A stretch of 64,000 nucleotides of DNA from Candidatus Nanoarchaeia archaeon. Its GTDB lineage: Archaea; Nanobdellota; Nanobdellia; Woesearchaeales; SKIA01. The position numbers and the translations under genes are program-made. The notes below the pieces were generated by a model. It saw nothing but the letters and a program-made list of their open reading frames with translations, had not been told where the DNA came from and searched no databases. Shown piece by piece: positions 30,301 to 42,300 of the stretch (its first letter is position 1; each line of letters starts with the position of its first letter). The stretch spans positions 12,347-76,346 of the forward strand of contig JANQNG010000053.1 in the NCBI GenBank assembly GCA_028279685.1, written 5' to 3'.

Positions 30301-33300
30301 TTGCAGTAAAAGCATTGAACTCTTCAGGACAGGCAAGTGATTTCAGCAATATTTTAGCAGGTATCAATTACTGTGTAGCTAATGCCACGACTTATAACAT
30401 CTCAGTTATCACCATGAGTTTAGGCTCAACAGTCTACACACAACATTTCTGTGATGAAGATTACAGCTCAACAAGAGATGCGATCCAATCAGCCATTGAC
30501 GCAGGTATTATGGTTGTTATTGCTTCAGGTAATGAAAACAAAGGATATGACGATCCGCTCGGTATATCCTATCCTGCCTGTATCCGTAATGCGACAAGTG
30601 TTGGTTCGACAACAAAAGCCGATGCTGTTTCTACATTTACTAATAGAGCATATACGCTTGATTTGATGGCTCCTGGAGGAAGCATTGGAGCAACGGATTA
30701 TGATGGAACGCATGTTTCAATGAGTGGTACCTCTATGGCGACACCACATGTTTCCGGTGCAGCAGCCATTATGCAACAATATGCAAGAGAACTCTATGAT
30801 AGAAATATTACTGCACTCGATATTGAGACTCGATTACGGATGTTTGGTGTTAATATAGCCGATTCAAATTCAGGTCTTACCTATGCAAGAATAGATGTTG
30901 ATAACGCTACATTAGGAAAAGGTATTATTCCAAATACAACAGGAGCAGTGCCATTCTATATTGTTGCAGACGCTGGTCATGCAATGCAAAATCCATTTTG
31001 GATTGGCACTATGTCCGATGGAGAGACAATCAATACGTCCTGGATGGTTAACGCTACAGGAAACTTTACAGCGTATGAGTTCTTTTCTATCTATCAGAGT
31101 GACTTCTATGAATCTAACACATCACACTGGGAAATAAACATCACCGATATGCCAAATACACCTCCATACAGAAATATAAGTCCTGTTACTTCAGCAAATG
31201 AGGACACACTTTATTATAATGATGTGCAGGGTTTAGATAATGAATCACATAGTATATCGTATTCATTGAATTTGATTCCAACAGATTCAAATGCATCAAT
31301 TGATACCAATGGCTCAATTACTTGGACTCCTGATAATGACGATGCGGCAATTCAGAACTACACATTTAATTTAACATTGACAGATCAATTAGGTGATTCG
31401 AGCAATTATCAATATAATGTTACGGTAAGTAATGTGAATGATGCTCCAACTATCACTTCATCTCCAACATCGACAGCTACAGAGAACACATTATACACCT
31501 ATAATGCAACAGCAACAGATATTGATCCAACGAATGATACTATGACTTATGCTCTCCAGATCAACGATACCAATGCATCGATGAACTCTAGTGGACACTT
31601 TGAACTCTATGTTAATTCCACAGAGGTTGGTATTACATATAACTTTACAATTAATGTAACAGATGGTAATGGTGGATGGGATAACCAGACATGGAATGTA
31701 ACCGTCGAAGACGTCAACGATGCTATTACTATTTCCACAACACCTAACTATAATGCTACAGAAGATGCATTATATCATTATGACGTGAATTATACAGATC
31801 CTGATACTCCTGATGATGATGTGAGCTTCTATCTCACAACGTATCCAACAGGTATGATTATCAATATTAGTGATGGTAATATTACCTGGACGCCTGATAA
31901 TGATGATATTGGCAACAATACTGTTGTGGTTTTTGCTGTAGAGAATAGCACAAGTGAACATTACAATGATACACACACCTTTGGTGTCTGGGTAGCTAAT
32001 ACCAATGATGCACCATCAATAAATGTAACACCAAACGCATCAGCAACAGAGGATTCATTATATACTTCAACGTTTACAGCGAGTGATGTCGATCCAACGA
32101 ATGATACCATGAGTTATTATCTGCAGAGCAACACAACAAATGCAACTATCAACAGCAGCTCAGGTATTTTTTACTTCTTCCCTCTACAGGCAGATGTTAA
32201 TATTATGCATAACTTTACGGTGAATGTTACTGATGGCAATGCAGGATGGGATAGTCTTGATTTCAATATTACAACAAGCAATGTGAATGATGCGCCTGTC
32301 ATTTCAACTGCAGCAACGACGCGTTCAGCGGAGGAAGAGACTGAGTTCTGGCTTGATGTTGATGCTACTGATGAAGATAGTGATACATTAACCTATTCGA
32401 TAAGCACTTATCCTACAAGTATGGTGATCAACAGTTCTACTGGTAATATTACTTGGACGCCAACAAATACACAAGCTATTGCTTACACACATGCGGTTGT
32501 GGTTAACGTCAGTGATGGTAATGGGGGAGAGGATACTTTATCATTCAATGTAACAGTGAATAATACCAATGATATACCTGTACTCAACAGCACACATAAC
32601 ACTACAGCAATTGAAGACCTTGAATACACATATCTCTTTAGTATGAATGATTCTGATAACAAAAGTGATTCGTGGAATTATACGCTCATTAGCGGACCTG
32701 GTAATATGACTATAGGGTTAGATTCAGGATTGATCCAGTTCTCACCAAACAACTATGATGCAATCAATGGCTCCTACATTATCAATATCAATGTTACAGA
32801 GTACAATAGTAGTGGAGCAAATATGAGTTATCAAAATATCTCATTCAATCTAACAATTACAAATGTGAATGATGCTCCATCATTCACGAATGAACCTTCT
32901 GGTCAGCAATCAGTGCTTGAGGATAGTGCGTATAACTATGATTTTGATGCGACTGATCTTGATCCAACAAGCGATACATTGACTTATAGTTTGAATATCT
33001 CAGTATCAACTAATATTTCAGCAGTAACGGTAGGATCGAGTAATGGTAATCTAACGTGGACACCAACAAATGACGAGGTTGGAACTATAACATTACAAGT
33101 CGATGTTAGTGATGGTAATGGTGGATCTGATAATGTTACCTTCACTGTTCTAGTCAATAACACCAATGATGCTCCTGTTATATCAACGACATCACCGACT
33201 TCTGTAGCTACACAAGGATCAGAATATACCCAACAGATTAATGCATCAGATGCAGATTCAGGAGATAGCATCATGTATCAACTCAATGTTTCTCCATCAG

Positions 33301-36300
33301 GAATGTCTATGAATGATACAGGATATATTACGTGGACTCCAAACAGTACACATGGAGGAAATACTTATTCTGTTACTGTCGTTGTAAATGATACAAGTAA
33401 TGCGCAGGATAATCTTTCTTGGGATATTACAGTGAATGATGTTAATGATCCTCCTAATATTACTTCATCACCATCGGTGAATGCCACTGAAGATGTTAGT
33501 TATACATATAATGTAATCGCTACTGATCCGGAAAATGATACATTAAGTTATTATCTCACGATCTATCCTTCTGGTATGACGGTCACTATTTCCACAGGCC
33601 AAGTAAGTTGGACTCCAACAAATAGCGATATCGGATTCAATAATGTGACATTGCAGGTGATAGAAAATGCTACTGCGGATCATTATAGTACAACCCAGAA
33701 TTGGAGTGTTTATGTGAGTAATGTGAATGATGCTCCTGTTCTCTCAGGAATACCTGATCAGTCATTCGCAGAAGATTCATCATCAAATGTATCGATCAAT
33801 CTTTCAGCTTATGCAAGCGATAGTGATGGAGATACATTAACGTATGCAATCCAGTCTGAGTCAAATGAAGGATTAGTTAACTGCTCTGTGAACAGCACAA
33901 CTACACTGATTACTTGTACAGATCCTTCAGCAAACGAGAATGGTGCTTCAACAGTTGTTGCTAATGTGACTGATGGGACTTCTTGGGACACCGATACGTT
34001 CACCATTACTGTCACGTCAGTTAATGATGTACCAACGTTTACTGATGTTCCTAATACTACAATAACATTAACACAAGATGTTGCCTATAGCTTTGATGTC
34101 AATGCTACAGACAATGACACTAATGATACTGTTGCTGATGTGCTCAATTATTATGATAATACAAGTTTGTTCAACATTAATCCTTCAACAGGTATCATCA
34201 GTTTTACACCGTCATCAGATGATATCGGAAATCATAGTGTTTTGATCTGGACGACAGATCAGTCTAGTGCTAATGATACATATGCATTTACTGTTACTGT
34301 ACAAGATGCTAACGATGCTCCAACAGGAACTCCTATTCCGAACATGCAATGGAATGAAGATACCAATGCGAGTATAAATCTAAGTGAATATTTCACCGAT
34401 GCTGATGGTGATGTATTGAATTTCACTGCAGCTGTCCATAACGATACGCAAAATATCACTATAACGATAAACAATGAAACAGGTATTGCACTCCTTGTGT
34501 CTGCAGCAAATTGGTACGGAAAAAGAAATGTGACTTTTAATGCATCTGATCCGTCAGCAGCAGTAGCTTCAATTTACGTGAATTTGACAGTGTCCTCAGT
34601 GAATGATCTTCCTGTGGTTGCTGTCTCGAACATTTCATTGCAGGAAGATAGTGCTGTGCAGTTTATCAATATATCAGGCAATGTGAGTGATGTTGATCAA
34701 TCAGATCTAACGGCAATTGTATGGGCTATTGATTCATCAAATACATTCTCTGCAGATCTTGGGACTGCACAAATTATTAACAATACTTATCTAAGAATTG
34801 CGTTGACGGCAAATGCATTTGGCAATGATACTATCAGACTAAAAGCAACTGATACTCCTGGAGGAAGTGGTTATCAGACGTTATTGATCAATGTGACAGG
34901 AGTCAATGATGCTCCTTCAACACCAACTATAGTAATTCAACCTTCAGCACCTACACCAACTGATGATTTGACCTGTTCAAGAACACAGAATGCAACAGAT
35001 ATAGATGAGGATACTATTGTTTATTTCATTGATTGGTATAAAGATGGTGTGTTGCAAACTTCATATACAAATACAAGTACGGTTAGCAGTGCTGCTACTT
35101 CATCAGATGAACTTTGGAGCTGTGTAATGACTGCTTTTGATGGCACGGTTAATGGAACAGCAGCAAACACAAGCACTACTATCGGGAACAATCCTCCAAC
35201 CATACCGACAATAGCATTCACGCCATCATTACCATATACATCAGATATGCTCTATTGTAATGTTACAACAAACAGCACTGATGCAGATAATGATTCTATT
35301 GATTATCTCTATGAGTTCTATAAAGATAATATCTTGAATTTCACTAATCAAACAAATGTTACCTATGCTCCATTGCCATCTGCGTTGACAGCAAAAGGAG
35401 AGGTGTGGAAGTGCAGTGTACGTGCTTATGATAATAAAAGCTATAGCAATAGTACTTCGTCGACGAGAACAATCATTAACACAGAGCCTGTTGTTACAGT
35501 CAATTCACCAGTATCTGGTACACCGAGTGTTGTTGAGCCTGATTATCAAGAGTTCAATCTCTCTGTCTATGACGCAGACAATGATTTCATCTCCTTCACT
35601 TGGACAAAAGATGCTGTGCAGATGGTTGAAAACAACTCTAATGAAACATTTTCATCATATAGCTACTATAATAACTACACAGAAGCAGGTAATCATACTA
35701 TTGTTGTCTCAGCCAGTGATGGTCAAGGCTCAGATACCTTTACTTGGACATTGATTGTGAATAATACAAACAGAGCTGTTGCACTTGATGCAATACCTGC
35801 ACAAACAATGACGGAAGATACTGCATTTTCTTTAACTATCACTGCGAATGATTCGGATACTGATGATACTTTAGTCTATGGAGAAAATACCTCTTTGTTT
35901 GCTATCGATACATCTACAGGAGTAATAAGTTTTACTCCCGACAACGATGATGCGGCAATACCAAGTAAAGTATATAATGTTAATATAACTGTGACTGATG
36001 GTGTTTCAACAGATTGGGAAGTTGTTGATTTCACCGTCAATAATGTAGAAGATGCCCCTGTATTAAGCAATATAGGATCACAAACTGCATTGACGACAAT
36101 AGATTATGTGCTTGAGATGTCAGCATCTGATGCAGATAATAGCACAATTACGTATAATGTTACTAATCTCACAACAGTTACATTCCTTGCTGATGGAGCT
36201 TTGAACTTCACTTCAAGTACGGGAGTGTTCAATCTTTCTGCAAACGCATCGCACGTAGGAACATATTTATTGAATTTCTCAGTGACTGATGGCAATACTA

Positions 36301-39300
36301 CTTCTGATGATTCAGAGATTGTTAATATTACTATCATTGACAGTAATACAGCACCAAATATTACTAGTTCATTTCCTTCATCAAATACTCCGTCGATCAA
36401 TGAAGGATCATCACAGCAATTTTGGGTAACGGTTTATGATAATGAGACTACACCAGGTGTGGCATGGTATGTTGATGATGTATTTAATAATTCTGATACT
36501 TCTTGGACATTCACCACAGATTACAGCAGTGCAGGATCATACACAATCAAAGCTATAGTCTCTGATGGCGAACAAAGTGTGCAAAAGCAATGGGTACTTA
36601 CGGTCTTGAATGTCAACAGAGATCCTATCTTATCAGCAATTGCTGACCAGACTGCTACAGAGGATCAAGAATTCTCATTAACCATATCTGCTTCAGATGC
36701 AGATGGAGATTCCTTAACGTTCTATGATAACACAAGCCTCTTCAATATCAATCCATTAACAGGAGCAATTACTTTTACACCGACTAATGCACAGAGTACA
36801 GGGGATAGAGTCATAAAAATTAGTGTTGCTGATCAACATGGTGCAATAGATACACAAGATGTAACATTCACCGTGCAAAATACTAATGATGCTCCTGTCC
36901 TCAGTGCAGTAGGTCCGCAGACAGCACAGAGTGATGTTCTTTTCACAAGATACATTTATGCAAGCGATATAGATCTTGGCATCACGGGAGTAACAGAAAG
37001 CTTGACCTATAGTGATGATACTTCATTATTTGATGTCACGACAATTAATAGTACATTAGGGGTTATTAACTTCACACCGTCGAGAAATGATATTGGAACG
37101 CATTTTATTAGAATAAGTGTTACTGACAGCAGCGATGCAGTAAGTAATGAATACATTTTCTTTGATGTGCTTGATTCTAATTCACCACCCGTGTTTACCA
37201 ATATTTCACTTTCAGGAGCAATAGAAGATAATCTTACTAGCAATGCAACTGCAGTATATTCTATTACAGAAACGACAGCAGCGTTAACGTTTAATAGTAC
37301 TGCCTATGATCCTGATGGATCGCAGATTTCAACGACATGGAAGATTGATGATGTTTTAGTGAGTTCTACTTCAGGTTATGTGTTTACGCCAAGTTATACA
37401 TCAGCTGGTAATTATACGCTTGTGCTCAATGTGACCGACGGTCTTGCTTATGTGAATAGAACATACACCATTCATGTAAGTAATGTGAACAGAGATCCTA
37501 CTATTTCTGCATTGAGTAATCAATCATTGACAGAAGACACGCTTTTTACTTATCAAATAAATGGAACTGATGCAGATAATGAACCATTAACCTATGCTAT
37601 TAATGATACGAGAATACCTATTGATCCACAAACAGGTCTCATTAATTTTACGCCGACACAGTTGCTGCTTGGCAAGAGCTCTACCACTAAAATGTTTGAG
37701 CTGAATGTGACGGTCAAAGACAATGTCTCAGGAACAAACAATGGAGAGGTATCTGCATTTGTTAACTTTACTTTGACAAATGTCAATGATGAACCTGAAC
37801 AGGTAGCTAATGTTCCCGATGCACTATTCTTTGAAGATCAGACATTCAGCATCAATCTCAGCTATTACTTTGATGATCCTGAAAATGATACATTAACCTA
37901 TGGTGTGTATGCAACGCCGGTTAATATTACAACAACGAAGATCGGCAGTGATAGTTATAATCTTACGCCTGCTGAGAATTTCTATGGGGAGAATAATATT
38001 ACATTCAATGTTTCAGATGGTGCATTGGAGATTGAATCAAATATTGTAATATTGACCGTACAGTCAATGAATGATCTTCCTTCAATTAACACATCAAATA
38101 ATAATCTTGATATCTATCTGAATGAGGATAGTGGAACGACGAGTTTTAATTTGACAGGCAATCTTACTGATTTGGAGACTCCCTTATCATCACTTGTGCT
38201 TTCTATCAGCCAAGACAATAGGTTCTCGACGGAACTTGGTAGTGCTGTGATAGAGGATAAAAATATCACGTTTACTCTTGCAAGCAATGCATACGGCAAT
38301 GACACTATACTGCTCAGAGTTACTGATGCTGATGGAGGTTATTCAACAGCAACTATGTTCGTCAATATCACTAATACAGCAGATGTACCAAGTGCTCCTT
38401 CAATTGATCTCGTGCCTGATAATGCGACAGCGAATGACAATTTGACATGTAACATTACTGCAAACAGCACCGATCCTGATGGTGATACTGTTTCTTATGT
38501 GAGGGAATGGTACAGTGGAGCAAATGTTAATAGTCTTTCATTGCAATCAGACCTTACAGGTAATGAAACTATTACTTCATCAAATACATCAGGCAGTGAA
38601 GTATGGAGATGTAATGTTTATGCGACTGATGGTACTCTCAATAGCTCGACGGTATCTGATATTATTATCACAGATAATACTCCTCCGACACAGCCAGGTA
38701 TTGTGATTCATCCATCAACAACCGTATCAAGATTAGCTACATACACTACTGATAGTTTAATCTGCAATGTCACAACAACAAGCAATGATACGGGAATTAT
38801 TTATTATAACTATACTTGGTATAAAGATGGATTGGAACAAACAAGTACAAGAACCACGGTATCGTTTGTGATGCTGAGTTCAGGTTCTACGTCAAAAGAT
38901 GAACAATGGAGATGCGGCGTGAAGGCAGAAGATGATCAAGGATCCTATAGTCAACCAGCATCATATGTGACGAGAATTCTTGATTCAACTCCAACGGTTG
39001 ATAGCAGAAGTCCATCAGATGATAATGTGACTATCACAGAAGGTCAGAATACCACCTTTATCTATGTTGTTGCTGATGCAGATAATGATGCTATAAGTTA
39101 TGCTTGGGAACTTGATGATGTTGCAGTGAGTTCAGTGAGCAATTATACGTATAGTGCATCGTATACTTCCGCAGGAGTGCATGTTTTAGAGGTCGTAGCA
39201 AGTGATGGTATTAATGAACTTTCAGCAAGCTGGGATATCACCGTAACTGAAGTGGCAAGAGCACCAGTTATATCGACAGTGCTTGAAGATACTATTACGG

Positions 39301-42300
39301 TGTTTGAAGATGAATCTTATCAGGTTGATATTGTGGCGAGTGATCCTGATGGAGATGCGTTGACATTCTATGACAATACAGGATTGTTTGATATTGGTCA
39401 AACTTCAGGAAGAATTAACTTTACGGCAACGCAAGATCATGCCGATACAGGTAGTTATTCTGTTATTATTACAGTGACTGATGGTAATAACAACGATACA
39501 CTTTCAACGACATTCAGCATCGTAAACATTAATGATGCACCTGTATTGAGAAATATAGGAGATCAAACAGCACGTTCAGATAGACAATACACGCTAAGAA
39601 CGTCAGCATCAGATGATGATGGTGATACAATGACGTATTCAATGATCGGGCTTGATGCGTCATATCTAAATGTATCAACAGGAATACTTAATTTTACGCC
39701 AAGTAGAGAAGATATTGGCACAAGCAATGTCACCATAATTGTAAGTGATGGCAACGGAGGTCAGGATTCAGAAACATTCTCTTTTACCGTGCTTGATTCA
39801 AATCATCCACCATTTATTGTTTCGGCAACGCCAAACTCCAGCAATGTGACTATTAATGAACTTGAATCGCAGACGTTTGGCATTGTAGCTAGTGATCCTG
39901 ATAATACAACGCCTTCAATAACATGGTATAGAAATGGTACGCTTATAGCAGGTGAAATAGGTAATACTTTTACTTTTACTTCAAACTACAGTGATGCAGG
40001 AGATTATTTGTATGAGGCTCAGGCGAGCGATGGTATTATGACTGTAACACAGAGTTGGATTTTGACAGTGTTGAATCTCAACAGAGATCCGTTCTTCAAT
40101 GACTTTGCAAATCAAAATCTTACTGAAGATATTGCTTATTCAATGACAGTAACTGCTGTGGATCCTGATGGGAATGATCTCAGGTATTACAGCAATTCAA
40201 CATACTTTATCATTGACACAGATAATGGCACTATAAGTTTCACACCGACACAATCAATGCTTGGGTATAATGAATCAGTATCAGAAGAGGTTGGTATATT
40301 TGCAGAGGATGGTAATGGAGGATTTGGATCAACATCAATACTCTTTACTATTAATAATGTAAATGATGCACCGGTGCTTTCACCAGTAGGAACATTGACG
40401 GTGCTAAGCGGAGAGACTTTGTCAATGCAGCTTTCTGCAACTGATGTAGACTCATTGAGTTTAAGTTATGCTGATTCAGGATTTGATGGATTTAATATGA
40501 ATAATTCAGGATACATTAATCATACTTTTACAGCACAAGATCTTGGGTCACATGAAGTACTCCTTACGGTTGATGACGGGGATGGTGGTGTTGATGCTGA
40601 AGTTGTAATTATAAATGTACTCGATAGTAATCAGTATACGCCAAGTGTAGATTCATTCACACCTGCATCGAATCTTTCAATCAATGAAACTGAGTCAGTA
40701 GCATTTACTGTATCAACATCCGATGGTGATGGAACTACACCTACCATTAGATGGCTCGTTAATAATGAAATAGTAAAAGTTGAAACAGCAAGTTCATCAA
40801 CATACTACTACAGAACAACCTATGATACGGGAGCAGGAACAAATAACATCACCGTGAATGTTAGTGATGGAAGTAAAAGTTCAACTGAAACAAGAGCGGT
40901 TACTGTCCTGAACAAGAATAGAGCTCCTATTATTATACCATTAGGTAATCAATATGTTATTGAGGATAATTGGCACTACTTCAGATTTGATGTCGTCGAT
41001 CCTGATGAAGGAGATACCTTATTCTTCCATGCTAATTCGACACTTTTCGAGATCACCTCTATAGGGGAGAATATTATTGAGTATTCATTCTTCCCCACAC
41101 AAGCAGATGTTGGCGTGCATGAAATGACAGCGAGAGCAATGGATGGTACAACAGTGACAACTTTAGTTTTCAATATTACTGTTGTTGCAAGTAATGATGA
41201 TCCTATAATAACTACAATCCCTGCATTATTCTGCGATCAGGATGATGGCACTGATTGTGCATATGATGTTGAAGCATCAGACTCAGACGATACTGATCTC
41301 ATCTATGAGGCATTCACCGATCTTTTCACAATAAACCCATCAACAGGAGCATTCTCATTTGATGATTCAAATGTGCAAGCAGGATATTATGAAATTATGG
41401 TGCGTGTTTCCGACGATGAAGGTGCCTTTGATTTTGATATCCTTAGGCTTTTCATAGCAGATACCAATGAGTATCCAAGAATTGACAAAGTGATGCCTAC
41501 AAACAGCACGCAAAACATTTCGGAGTCAGAGTCAATAGATTTCGTTATTGATGCATGGGATCCTGATGGAAATGTTCCAACGGTAACATGGTTGGTTGAT
41601 GATGTAACGCAAGATAGACAGGCATTGCAAGAAAGATTTACCTTCAGAACAAACTATACACAGTCAGGCACATACACCATCACAGCAAGAGCTTATGATG
41701 GAAATTATGCCAATACAACATCTTGGACGGTCATCGTGAACAACGTAAGAGATTCAGACAATGATTATATCCCTGATTACTATCCAAATACCACGTTATG
41801 GGACAACTGCAGATACGTCTATAATCCTGGCCAGGTAGATCTGGATGATGATAATGAAGGAGATATCTGTGAGAATAATCTTGATGGAGATACCGTGCCT
41901 GATGATAGAGATAATGTCTTAGGAGATGCTAATAATCTTCAGTCTGATAGTTTTGATCACTTCTCGTTGCATATTGGAGGGGGAGATAATCTCAATCAAG
42001 AGTTTGATGGATCAAACAATGTACGATTCTTTGAAACTGAGTATTCGCTTGCTAATGGTGCTGCGACATCCGCACCCCTTATTGACATGGACTTCAACTT
42101 CAGCAATGGAACTCTTGATATGGGAAATTTCAGCATGGATCAACAAGCAGGAGGAGCCAGTGAAGGAAGTTTCTTAGCACAAGGATTTCCTTCAGGAGAA
42201 ACTAAAACAATCTATGTCGACAGTATACTCGAAGATAGCACAGTATGTATTGAAGATGCTGAAATAACTAGCATTGCAAGTATATCAACAGGATGTGCTG

